From Victivallales bacterium (lineage in GTDB: Bacteria; Verrucomicrobiota; Lentisphaeria; Victivallales; GWF2-38-69): DNA of 64,000 nt. The notes under the pieces were generated by a model that was not told where the DNA came from, searched no databases, and worked only from the letters and a program-made list of their open reading frames with translations. This document shows, piece after piece, positions 29,198 to 38,799 of the stretch. The stretch is taken from NCBI GenBank assembly GCA_963678745.2, contig CAXXMS010000004.1:16089-80088 (forward strand), written 5' to 3'. The position numbers were made by a program, and so were the translations under genes. The first letter of the stretch is position 1. Every line of letters begins with the position of its first letter.

Positions 29198-30160
29198 ATG
29201 CTGAAAAATGTTTTAACTTTAGGTCCTGCCAGCAGTAAACAAAATATTATCAGCGCTTTATTATCAGTTGCTGACCGTTTTAGATTAAACACATCGCATA
29301 TAACGGTGAATGAATTATCTGAATGGCTATCAAGGATAGAAAAAGTATTTACTGCATCTGAGAAATTTATCCCTGTTGTTATTGACCTGCAGGGTTCAAA
29401 AATGCGAATAGGGAAATATCAGCCCGTAGACACCATACCTGAACATATTACGCTATCATTTAAAGAAACTTCATTATCTCCGGAAGTTATACCTGTTCCG
29501 CATGAAGCTCTTTTTAAGTTCTTAAATGAAGGAGACACTGTGTCTCTCAATGATGCAAGAATCACACTTAAAATTACTGAAGTCAACATTAATAGCGCTA
29601 AAGCTATCACTATAAAAAATGGACCTCTTTCATCAAATAAAGGTATCAATAGAAAAGAACACCCTATCCCATTTCATGAACTTGCTTCAAAAGACAGCAA
29701 AATGATAAGAGCTGCTAAAAAATATAATTTTACAGAATTTGCATTTTCATTTGCCTATAGCGGAAATGAAGCAGACAAGATCAGACCTTATACAGGCAAA
29801 CATAGAATAATAGCAAAAATAGAGCGTGCTGAAACTTTTGCCAACCTAGAATCAATAGATAAATGTTTTGATGAAATATGGCTATGTAGAGGAGATCTTG
29901 GCGCTCAAGTAGGAATTTTCAACCTTGGAAAATTACAAAAAACTTTTATTCAGAAAATCAATTCATTAAATAAAAATTGTTTCCTTGCAGGACAGGTACT
30001 TGAACACATGACCTCTTTCCCTGAACCTACAAGATCTGAAATCGTTCATCTTTTTGATACGGAACAAAATGGCTTTAAAGGTTTCGTGTTATCTGATGAA
30101 ACAGCTATAGGAAAAAATATACCTTCGATAGTAGATTTTCTTGAAACATACAAAGGATAG
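29198..30160 (+). CDS. pyruvate kinase-like protein, barrel (A/B) domains only, no C-terminal domain
   Basis: 320 aa with TLGPAS, RLNTSH, DLQGSKMRIG, IAKIERAE, CRGDLGAQVG, AGQVLEHM, PTRSEIVHLFD and LSDETAIGK, which parallel pyruvate kinase motifs in order. The protein ends where the PK C-domain would begin. Confidence 0.6.
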   Translation: MLKNVLTLGPASSKQNIISALLSVADRFRLNTSHITVNELSEWLSRIEKVFTASEKFIPVVIDLQGSKMRIGKYQPVDTIPEHITLSFKETSLSPEVIPVPHEALFKFLNEGDTVSLNDARITLKITEVNINSAKAITIKNGPLSSNKGINRKEHPIPFHELASKDSKMIRAAKKYNFTEFAFSFAYSGNEADKIRPYTGKHRIIAKIERAETFANLESIDKCFDEIWLCRGDLGAQVGIFNLGKLQKTFIQKINSLNKNCFLAGQVLEHMTSFPEPTRSEIVHLFDTEQNGFKGFVLSDETAIGKNIPSIVDFLETYKG

Positions 30161-30285
30161 AAAAGTAAAAGCTCTTAATAATCAAAAATTTAAATACAGA
30201 AAACACTTACAATTAACATTGTAATTTCTTAATTTTAACAGATAATATAAAGATTATTAAAAATAATATAGAACAGGAGAATAAC

Positions 30286-30636
30286 GTGAAAATAATTAAT
30301 CTTGAAAATATACCAAAAGTAAAAGCTGAAATGCCGGGAGCTAAAAATGTTTTAAAACAGGTTCCTGTAGGAATTTCAGATGAAACACCAAATTTTTCGT
30401 TCAGAGTCTTCACAATAGAGCCTGATGGACATACACCATACCACATCCATCCATTTGAACATATTAATTATGTTATAGATGGAACAGGCTACCTAGTAAC
30501 AGAATCAGGAGAAAAAAAGGATATTAAAAAAGGCGATTTTGCACTGGTTTTACCAAATGAAAAGCATCAATATAGAAACAAATCTAAAGATAAGAATCTT
30601 GTAATGATTTGTGCTGTACCCAAGGAATACGAATAA
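30286..30636 (+). CDS. cupin-domain protein
   Basis: 116 aa with GHTPYHIHPFEHINYVIDG...G.....P....H.Y.N, the two-motif cupin pattern. Confidence 0.7.
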   Translation: MKIINLENIPKVKAEMPGAKNVLKQVPVGISDETPNFSFRVFTIEPDGHTPYHIHPFEHINYVIDGTGYLVTESGEKKDIKKGDFALVLPNEKHQYRNKSKDKNLVMICAVPKEYE

Positions 30637-30720
30637 TCTATAATTTATCGTATTATCAATTATTAACTCAAAACTGAAGTTTCCAGTTTTGACTTTAACC
30701 TTACCATTTTTGTATACATT

Positions 30721-32070
30721 ATGAAGAAATTTTTTAAAAAACTTAACACAAAATCCCAACAGAACAACAACTTTATTGTTATCGTAAGAATAATAATATG
30801 CTTGATTGTACTAGGGGCTGGCATAATTGCATTCATCGGTTTAAGTTCAATAAAACCTAAACCCAAAGAAAAGGACAGTGACTACCTGATCAAAACACTA
30901 ATTACAGTACCGGTAAAAAAGGAAAATATTAGTGATATTGTTGTAGGCTACGGAACAGCTGAACCGACAGATGAGATTAATGTAAAATCACAGATCAGCG
31001 GTAAGGTTATATATATTATGCCTAACCTTGAAGATGGAATATTAGTCGATAAAAATACTATTTTGGCAAAAATAGAGAAAACTGACTACGAAGTTATACT
31101 TAATAAAGTGGTAGCGGATATAAAAGCATATAAAGCAAAACTTGCTGTTCTGAAACAGGAAATTATTGATAATAAAGAAATTTATAAAATATTGGAGAAT
31201 AAACTAAACCTTGAAGAAGCCAGCTTTAACAGAAAGAAAAGGCTGTATGAAAAACAAGCAGTTTCCGCACAGGTTTTTGAAGACTCAGAACAAGCATACA
31301 TCGGCATGAAGCAAACATGCCTGAATATGAAACGGGATATTACTAAAGCTGAGTTGGAAATTGACTCTATTACAGCAAACATTGAAAGATCAGAAGCAGA
31401 AAAAAAACAGGCTGAACTGGATATTTCAAGATGCGAGATAAAAAGTCCTATAAAAGGCAGATTGGAAAATGTTGCTATAGAGAAAAATGAATATATTAGC
31501 AAAGGACAACAACTTTTTAATGTAGCAGATGACAGTACTCTTATCATTCCTGTCCCTCTAGATACACGTGACATTTCTTCAATAATCACGAGAATTTCGG
31601 TAAAAACCAATGGTTATAAACACTGGTTCACTTACGACAAAAATACACCTGTAAAAATCATGTGGACAGAAAACCCGGAAAAATGTATATGGGATGGAAA
31701 AATAGTCAGAATAGAAAAGTTTGACCCGGAAACAAGAACAGTAGTAATTGCAGTAAAAGCATCAAAATTTATAGGAAAAGAGAGAAACAAACTGCCACTT
31801 GTTGCAGGCATGTACTGTCAGGTTGATTTTACCGGTAAAGAATTAAAAAATGTTGTCCGCATACCTTGGTCGGCCCTTCAGCTTAATGGACATGTATATG
31901 TAGTTGATAAAAATAACACCGTGCATGAAAAAGATGTTAATATTTTAAGTTCAAGACAAGACAGAGTAATTATTTCATCCGGATTAGAAACAGGAGAAAA
32001 GGTAATAACTCAGCGAATACCTTACGGAGTAGTAAACGGCTCAAAAGTTAAAACTGTTACTGAACAATAG
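30721..32070 (+). CDS. efflux RND transporter periplasmic adaptor (MFP/HlyD family)
   Basis: N-terminal TM segment, long coiled-coil hairpin (residues ~130-235), a lipoyl-like motif (IKSPIKGRLENV) and a beta-barrel C-terminus. The stop lies 3 nt upstream of the RND pump start. Confidence 0.8.
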   Translation: MKKFFKKLNTKSQQNNNFIVIVRIIICLIVLGAGIIAFIGLSSIKPKPKEKDSDYLIKTLITVPVKKENISDIVVGYGTAEPTDEINVKSQISGKVIYIMPNLEDGILVDKNTILAKIEKTDYEVILNKVVADIKAYKAKLAVLKQEIIDNKEIYKILENKLNLEEASFNRKKRLYEKQAVSAQVFEDSEQAYIGMKQTCLNMKRDITKAELEIDSITANIERSEAEKKQAELDISRCEIKSPIKGRLENVAIEKNEYISKGQQLFNVADDSTLIIPVPLDTRDISSIITRISVKTNGYKHWFTYDKNTPVKIMWTENPEKCIWDGKIVRIEKFDPETRTVVIAVKASKFIGKERNKLPLVAGMYCQVDFTGKELKNVVRIPWSALQLNGHVYVVDKNNTVHEKDVNILSSRQDRVIISSGLETGEKVITQRIPYGVVNGSKVKTVTEQ

Positions 32071-32073
32071 ATT

Positions 32074-35000
32074 ATGATAAAAAATATAATAAAGAATTTT
32101 TTAAAAAACCCGGTTCTGGCAAATATCCTCATGCTTTTAATATTGATAGGAGGAACTATTTCAGGAAGCTTTATGATAAGAGAAATATTTCCGGAGTTTT
32201 CACTTGATAAAATAAGCGTAAGTGTTGCCTATCCCGGTGCTGATCCTGAGGAGGTAGAAGAAGGAATCTGTCTAAAACTGGAAGAAGCGCTTAACGGAAT
32301 TGAAGGCATAAAAGAGATCACAATAACGGCGCAGGAAGGAGTAGGTTCAGCTACTATAGAATGTCAGGATGGGGTAGATGTTTCAAAGGTCAAAGATAAT
32401 GTTGAAACAGAAGTTAACTCAATTACAACCTTTCCAAAAGATTCAGAACCACCAATAATAAAAGAATTGACAATAAGAAAGCAGGTTCTTTTTATCGCGT
32501 TATGGGGAGATCTACCTGAAAGACAATTGAAAAGTACAGCAAAAGGACTTGAGCAGGAAATATTAGCTCTGGATGGAATAAGCCAGGTTGATTTACTGGG
32601 AATTCGTGAAGATGAAATATCAATAGAAATCCCAGAAGAAATTTTAAGGAAGTATAACATTACATTTAGCGGTGTAGCCAACTCTGTAAGTAAAAACGGT
32701 ATGAACCTTCCCGCAGGTATAATTAGAAACGGTTCAGAAGATATTCGATTAAGAGTAATCGGAAGGAAATATAATGCCAAGTCCTACCAGGATATACCTG
32801 TTATAACTAAAAAAGACGGTACAATAATAACATTAGGAAAAATAGCAAAAATCAAAGATACCTTTAATGAAGATAACGAAAGTATATTGAGATTTAATGG
32901 TAAACCATGTGTTATGATTGCCATCTATAAAACAGGAAAAGAAGATTCGATTCAAATAACAAAGACTATTGAATCTTTTCTTAAGGGAAAAAGAAAAATA
33001 ATATCTCCTAAACTTCATTTGACTGAATGCTTTGATCTTTCAAGAATTATTAATGACAGACTACAGATGTTAATAGATAACGGAATTATCGGACTTATTC
33101 TGGTAATTTTAATATTATGGCTGTTCCTTGATATCAGATTGAGTTTCTGGGTTGCAATGGGAATCCCGATTTCAATTGCCGGCGCTTTGATTATAATGTC
33201 ATTCTTCGGATGTTCAATGAACATGATCACAATGTTTGGCCTAATCATGGTACTGGGGCTAATTGTTGATGATGCGATAGTTGTAGGAGAATCAATATAT
33301 TCAAAAAGAATAGCCGGTGATTCCTGTAATGATGCGGCAGTTAACGGCACAGCTGAAGTAGCCCTTCCTGTTGTTGCGGCAGTAACAACAACTGTTGTTG
33401 CTTTTCTACCTCTCTTTTTTGTTGGGGGAGTAATGGGTAAATTCATTGGTCAAATACCTATCCCTGTTGTTGCGGCACTGTCTGTTTCACTGATTGAAGG
33501 ATTATTTATTCTTCCTGTTCATCTAAGGCATCTTCCAAAGAATATAGGCAAACCTTCTTTTCAGGTTCCATATTTAAGCAAAGCAAGACTCTTTGTTGCG
33601 GATGGACTTAATGTTGTTATAGAAAAAGTTTACGGTCCTGCTATAGAAAAGATTTTACATTGGAGATATGTAGCACTGTCAATTAGCATTTCTGTTTTGC
33701 TTATAATTGCCGGATTAGTTGGCGGAAGCATTATTAAATTCGTATTCTTTCCAAAAATTGATGATGATTTCATAAGAGCAAAAGTTACATTGGCACCTGG
33801 AACTCCGTTGAAAAACACAGAACTCATAGCAAATAAAATACTTGACTCATGGAATCAGCTTTCCGATGAATATTATAGAAAAACAGGTAAACAGCTAACT
33901 ATGGCTGCATTTTCTATGATCGGAACATCTGCAGGTTGGAAATCTACCCCAAGCAGTAATGTACTGGAAATTATGGTAGAATTACTTCCTTCTGAAGAAC
34001 GAAACATATATTATACTAAATTAGTAGATGACTGGCAAAAAAGAGTAGGTAATATTCCAGGAGCAATTGCTACGAAGTTTGGAAACCTTCAGCACGGCCC
34101 TGGAGGAGAACCAATTGAAGTAGAATTATTCTCAAACAATCAGAATGAACTGATAAAAGCGTCAGATGCACTTGTTGCAAAGCTTAACACTATTGATGGT
34201 GTTTTTGATGCTCAAACTGATTATCTGGCAGGTGAAAAAGAATTTATTATCTCACTTAAGCCAAATGCATATCAGCTTGGCTTAACTCTAAACGACCTTG
34301 CAAGCCATGTCAGAGAAGGTTTTTATGGAAATGAAGCATTACGCATACAGAGAGAAAGAGATGATGTTAAAGTAAAAATCAGATATCCAAAAGATGATAG
34401 AAAATCTATTGGATATTTCAAAAGCCTGAGAATAACAACTCCCAGTGGCGAGAAAGTGCCTTTCCTAAGCATAGCCAATTTAGAAATAGTAGAAGGCCAA
34501 AATGTAATTTATAGAAAGGACAGAAAACGTGTTTTAGTAGTAACTGCTGATGTTAACAATAATATAGCAAATGCAGAAAATATTTTATCTGACCTGAAAG
34601 AAAACTTTCTTCCTAAATTAACTAACAAGTACGAAGTTCGTTATACAATCGAGGGCCAGTCAAAAGAAAAAAGCAGTACTCTTGATGCATTAAAGATTGG
34701 CCTACCGCTTGCGTTATTCGGTATTTATTTTATTATTGCGTCAATATTCCGCTCATATATTCAACCAATAGTAATTATGACAACAATTCCTTTTGGTTTA
34801 ATAGGAGCTGTAATAGGCCATTTCATTTTTGGTCTTCCACTAACAATAATGAGTATTTTTGGGATGGTGGCACTTGCCGGAATTGTTGTCAACGATGCAA
34901 TTGTCTTAATTGAAGGCGTTAACGAAAGACTTGGAAACGGTATGCCCCTGCTTACAGCCCTCAGAGAAGGTGGAAAAAGAAGATTCAGAGCAATATTGCT

Positions 35001-35268
35001 CACAACACTTACTACTTTTTTTGGTTTAATGCCTTTAATTCTTGAAAAAAGTATGCAGGCCCAGGTACTCATTCCTATGGCTATTTCAATTGCTTTTGGT
35101 GTTCTGTTTGCAACAGTCGTCACATTGATAATTATCCCATGCATGATTGCAATACTAAATGATATAAGGCGTATTCTATTTTCTATATGGAATTTAAGAT
35201 ATCCATCAAGAGAAGAAGTTGAACCAAGATATAATCCTCCAAAAACTAACACCACAAACATAGTGTAG
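32074..35268 (+). CDS. RND-family efflux permease (AcrB/CzcA superfamily)
   Basis: 1064 aa with a 12-TM, two-large-loop architecture and conserved TM4/TM10 regions (GLIVDDAIVVGESI; GIVVNDAIVLIEGV). Confidence 0.9.
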   Translation: MIKNIIKNFLKNPVLANILMLLILIGGTISGSFMIREIFPEFSLDKISVSVAYPGADPEEVEEGICLKLEEALNGIEGIKEITITAQEGVGSATIECQDGVDVSKVKDNVETEVNSITTFPKDSEPPIIKELTIRKQVLFIALWGDLPERQLKSTAKGLEQEILALDGISQVDLLGIREDEISIEIPEEILRKYNITFSGVANSVSKNGMNLPAGIIRNGSEDIRLRVIGRKYNAKSYQDIPVITKKDGTIITLGKIAKIKDTFNEDNESILRFNGKPCVMIAIYKTGKEDSIQITKTIESFLKGKRKIISPKLHLTECFDLSRIINDRLQMLIDNGIIGLILVILILWLFLDIRLSFWVAMGIPISIAGALIIMSFFGCSMNMITMFGLIMVLGLIVDDAIVVGESIYSKRIAGDSCNDAAVNGTAEVALPVVAAVTTTVVAFLPLFFVGGVMGKFIGQIPIPVVAALSVSLIEGLFILPVHLRHLPKNIGKPSFQVPYLSKARLFVADGLNVVIEKVYGPAIEKILHWRYVALSISISVLLIIAGLVGGSIIKFVFFPKIDDDFIRAKVTLAPGTPLKNTELIANKILDSWNQLSDEYYRKTGKQLTMAAFSMIGTSAGWKSTPSSNVLEIMVELLPSEERNIYYTKLVDDWQKRVGNIPGAIATKFGNLQHGPGGEPIEVELFSNNQNELIKASDALVAKLNTIDGVFDAQTDYLAGEKEFIISLKPNAYQLGLTLNDLASHVREGFYGNEALRIQRERDDVKVKIRYPKDDRKSIGYFKSLRITTPSGEKVPFLSIANLEIVEGQNVIYRKDRKRVLVVTADVNNNIANAENILSDLKENFLPKLTNKYEVRYTIEGQSKEKSSTLDALKIGLPLALFGIYFIIASIFRSYIQPIVIMTTIPFGLIGAVIGHFIFGLPLTIMSIFGMVALAGIVVNDAIVLIEGVNERLGNGMPLLTALREGGKRRFRAILLTTLTTFFGLMPLILEKSMQAQVLIPMAISIAFGVLFATVVTLIIIPCMIAILNDIRRILFSIWNLRYPSREEVEPRYNPPKTNTTNIV

Positions 35269-35274
35269 AGAATA

Positions 35275-35544
35275 ATGATAGACAATGACAAAATCAGGGT
35301 TTTTACTGAGTTTGGTTTTGGAAATATTAGTTTCATTAATACTGAGCTCGAATTTCCGGATGGTAACGAGCTCAGAAAACCTGGTTTCATAAAAATGAAA
35401 TTCCAGGGAATATATTTTAGGTTATGGATAAAAAATAAAGTTTTTATTATTTCCACAAAAAACGGAATTGTAATACAAACCAAGCCAAAGAATAAATTCA
35501 AACTGCTTTTTGGTATTATGGGGACTAAAAGAATAGAAAAATAA
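35275..35544 (+). CDS. hypothetical protein (89 aa)
   Basis: The ORF is tightly packed between the RND pump and the acetyltransferase. I recognise no motifs. Confidence 0.35.
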   Translation: MIDNDKIRVFTEFGFGNISFINTELEFPDGNELRKPGFIKMKFQGIYFRLWIKNKVFIISTKNGIVIQTKPKNKFKLLFGIMGTKRIEK

Positions 35545-35546
35545 AT

Positions 35547-36119
35547 ATGTTAACTGAAAAACATAAAATGCTTAAAGGTGAACTATACGATGCCTCAGAC
35601 CCGGTCTTGGCTGATGAACGCGCAAAAACACGCAATTTGCTTCATAAGCTAAACGTATCAGATTACGGGAATAAAGAAAAATACACAAAGATAATCCAAA
35701 AACTCTTTCCTAATGCTAATAGCGATCTTTGTATAGAACCTCCATTTTACTGTGATTATGGTTATAATATTTTTGCAGGAGAAAAAGTTTTCTTTAATTT
35801 CAATTGCACTGTTCTTGATGTTATGCCTGTCAAGATTGGAAACAATGTTTTATTTGGACCAAATGTTCAAATTTATACAGCAACTCACCCTATGAATCAT
35901 ATTGAAAGAAAGAAGTGGCTGGAATCAGCCAAACCAATAACAATTGGAGATGATTGCTGGATTGGCGGAAATGTAGTTATCTGTCCGGGAATAACAATAG
36001 GACCCCGAACTGTTATTGGAGCAGGAAGTGTTGTAACAAAAAACATCCAATCAGATGTTTTCGCTGCAGGAAATCCGTGTAAAATAATTAGAACAATACA
36101 ACCTTCTAATAAAAATTAA
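35547..36119 (+). CDS. maltose/galactoside O-acetyltransferase family (hexapeptide repeat)
   Basis: N-terminal Mac domain (KMLKGELYDASDPVLADERAKTRNLLHKLN) followed by left-handed beta-helix repeats (IGDDCWIGGNVVICPGITIGPRTVIGAGSVV). Confidence 0.85.
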   Translation: MLTEKHKMLKGELYDASDPVLADERAKTRNLLHKLNVSDYGNKEKYTKIIQKLFPNANSDLCIEPPFYCDYGYNIFAGEKVFFNFNCTVLDVMPVKIGNNVLFGPNVQIYTATHPMNHIERKKWLESAKPITIGDDCWIGGNVVICPGITIGPRTVIGAGSVVTKNIQSDVFAAGNPCKIIRTIQPSNKN

Positions 36120-36172
36120 GGTAATAGACCACCTTCAATCTATCACCTTAATGGAAGTTCAGTAAAATTTAG

Positions 36173-37240
36173 TTAAATCTTATTTTTATCATCTAAACTA
36201 TAAATATATTCTCTGTAGTATTTTAAATCATGCCTTTCAAAACAATCATTTAAAGATTTAACTTTAGGTCCTACATTAAAGGGTCTTAAACTTAGCAAAT
36301 CAAAATGTTTATACTTCACAACCATTGGTAAAGCAGGAACAAGATCTCCAAAATTCCAGAACCATCTATAATACTTTATCTGAGGTTGATACAGTTCAAC
36401 AAAATCTTTACGTCCCGGACATGGCTCTGCTAAAGTTATCAATTTTATATTTTTAGAACTGAATGAAGTTTTTTCTATAAAATATGCAGTTTCAAGTACT
36501 GCCAATGCTGCTCCCATACTATGTCCAGTAATAATAAGAAGTGGGTTAGATGTATCTTTCAAAACTTTATTATTAATAAAATATTTCAAAATATCTCTTT
36601 TCATGCATGCCTGTCTATTCCATTCAAAACCAACGTGTACTTTTGTTCCTGTATCTAAAAATTCTGTCGGGAAAGCAAGAAAATCGGTAAATATCCATGA
36701 ATAAGTATCGTATGTCCCTCTAAAAGCAATAACATAGACTTTTCTATCATTGATCACATTTTCGCCTACTGCATAACCAAAATGCTGAGGAATTTTATAG
36801 TCTGCAGCAGTAAATTTATTATTTAACTGATCACATATACCTTCTGTATATATTTTATCTCCTTCAGTAACATTAGCATCTGGATGGATAGCCTGGATTT
36901 CCTTATTTAATGATGTAATAACATCTCCTACATCCTTTGGTGTAACTTCTGTATTCTCTGAACTTTTTATCATGCCATCCGGAGCCATCTTAGCTATTGC
37001 ATCTTTCACCTGGAGTACAGTTTTTTCAAAAGCATCACATTGAAGCTCCCATCCCTGTTCCTTTAACTCATTATAAATTTCTGAAAAGTTCCCGTCATAT
37101 GAAACTTTACTAAAATCAGCAGAGATTTCATTCATTTGGTTTCTAGTCGGGCCTGAAGCAAACGCTCCTGTTGTAGCAAGCAAAAAACACATCATAAGCA
37201 TAAGACCTGCTAAACCAACCTTTGACTTCTTATAAAACAC
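36173..37240 (-). CDS. secreted class-3 lipase family protein
   Basis: Signal peptide (GLAGLMLMMCFLLATTGAFA) and the nucleophile elbow ITGHSMGAALA, preceded by IAFRGT. Confidence 0.75.
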   Translation of the reverse strand: MFYKKSKVGLAGLMLMMCFLLATTGAFASGPTRNQMNEISADFSKVSYDGNFSEIYNELKEQGWELQCDAFEKTVLQVKDAIAKMAPDGMIKSSENTEVTPKDVGDVITSLNKEIQAIHPDANVTEGDKIYTEGICDQLNNKFTAADYKIPQHFGYAVGENVINDRKVYVIAFRGTYDTYSWIFTDFLAFPTEFLDTGTKVHVGFEWNRQACMKRDILKYFINNKVLKDTSNPLLIITGHSMGAALAVLETAYFIEKTSFSSKNIKLITLAEPCPGRKDFVELYQPQIKYYRWFWNFGDLVPALPMVVKYKHFDLLSLRPFNVGPKVKSLNDCFERHDLKYYREYIYSLDDKNKI

Positions 37241-37312
37241 TACAGCCTCCTTTTGTTACTCATTTATAATCAATGTTTTTTATGTTTTTATAACTTTTAA
37301 TTTTAGGTATAA

Positions 37313-38518
37313 TCAAAAATCCAAGCGATAAAGTTCTGCATCATATATTTTAAATTGTTGTGATATTTTAAGCCATTTTTGTTCTCCATCCCTTAGAACA
37401 CTGATAACTTCATCTAGCTTTCTTTTCCCATATAAATAATCAATAATGACACTGTCACCGGCAAGAATTTCTATTGCTGTTTTGTCAGAACCAAATTCAT
37501 ATTTACCCTGTCTCCAAATATTCATTTCTCCAAAATAATCATTGATAGTTTTTAAAAGAATAAGAGAATATAAAAGGGAATGAAATTTAGTGGAAGTCAA
37601 ATGTAAATGAAACCCGCGACACAATTCATCAGCAAATTTATGAAAAGCAGGAATAAAACATAATGGCCTTAATTTGACACCGGAATTAATAAAATTAATA
37701 TCTTTTATACTATCTTCTACTCTTTTTTTAATGATTGACAAATCTTTCCACTCAAAGAAAGGAGCCCCAACAATACTAAATGGAGTAGTAGTTCCCCTTC
37801 CCTCGCTCATAACCGTACCTTCAAACAAGCATTGCCCTGTATAAATAAACGAAGTAGTCCTGGTAGGTATATTAGGAGAAGGCTGGATTATAAATGAAGA
37901 GTCTACGTTAGGAAGAGGAGTGACCCTAATAGGAAATTTCCCGTTATATTTATCTTTTAGAAAAAGACAGACTTCAGCAATTGTCAAACCCTGGCGATGA
38001 GGTAAGCCTTCCACTCCGATAAATGAAGAATATTCTTCAGACATTAAACTTCCTTCAACTCTCCTCCCCGCAGGATTTGGTCTATCAATAACGTAAACCT
38101 CTATTGATAAATTCTGCTTTGTGATTGTTTCAAAGATATAAGCTATTGTTGAGATATATGTAAAATACCTACAACCTGTATCCTGGATATCAATTAAAAG
38201 AACATCAAGATCATCCAAAAGTTCTTTATGAACTTTCAATGAGCTCTCATAATTCTGATATAATGAAATAAACTCTACATCCGCCGCTAATTCCCTATAA
38301 ATTTCAGTGGAATTAAGAGGTATTTGATCCTGAAGCTCTGAAAAGAGTCCATGTTCAGGAATAAAAACTCTTTTTAAAACTTTACGCTCAGCCAAAATTT
38401 CAAAAAGATATTTCTCTCTATTAAAATCATATGAAGTTTGATTGCAAAGTAAACCTATTTTTCCATCAGCTAAAACTTCATCTTTGAGGTCTAAAAAATT
38501 TGTTATTTGATTATCCAT
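37313..38518 (-). CDS. DUF1343 family protein (NamZ-like exo-beta-N-acetylmuramidase)
   Basis: 401 aa with GLLCNQTSYDFNREKYLFEIL...VFIPEHGLFSELQD...DIQDTGCRYFTYIST, matching the conserved DUF1343 N-terminal half. Confidence 0.7.
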   Translation of the reverse strand: MDNQITNFLDLKDEVLADGKIGLLCNQTSYDFNREKYLFEILAERKVLKRVFIPEHGLFSELQDQIPLNSTEIYRELAADVEFISLYQNYESSLKVHKELLDDLDVLLIDIQDTGCRYFTYISTIAYIFETITKQNLSIEVYVIDRPNPAGRRVEGSLMSEEYSSFIGVEGLPHRQGLTIAEVCLFLKDKYNGKFPIRVTPLPNVDSSFIIQPSPNIPTRTTSFIYTGQCLFEGTVMSEGRGTTTPFSIVGAPFFEWKDLSIIKKRVEDSIKDINFINSGVKLRPLCFIPAFHKFADELCRGFHLHLTSTKFHSLLYSLILLKTINDYFGEMNIWRQGKYEFGSDKTAIEILAGDSVIIDYLYGKRKLDEVISVLRDGEQKWLKISQQFKIYDAELYRLDF

Positions 38519-38799
38519 AAAACACCATTAAGACGATTTAATTATTCATGCTTTCGGGTTAATAAACAAAAAAAGTAAATGAAACAAATACATAATACAT
38601 ACATGAGCCATGCTGTATATTTTATTTTCCATAAAAATATAGAATAAATTGTTATTATTTTTATATTGTAGGCAATCTCTTATAAAAAACAATAGAATTG
38701 TATAATGAATACATGTTTCTTTTTATCTAAAATATAGTTATAATTCATTATTAAATGATTTTGCTTTTTTTGTTAACTTAGAAGAATATTTTAACCTCA

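Noticed and set aside
3363-35501. Many ORF-track entries that overlap long conserved genes on the opposite strand or in another frame (e.g. 3363..3776, 12273..12506, 31182..31610, 32364..32780, 33015..33446, 34761..35501, 43637..43891, 45365..45604, 47586..47855, 53691..53984)
   Set aside because: Each is fully contained in a gene with strong family motifs (yidC, POT, MFP, RND pump, aconitase, yjbQ, uvrA, folC). None has recognisable motifs, so I treat them as shadow ORFs.
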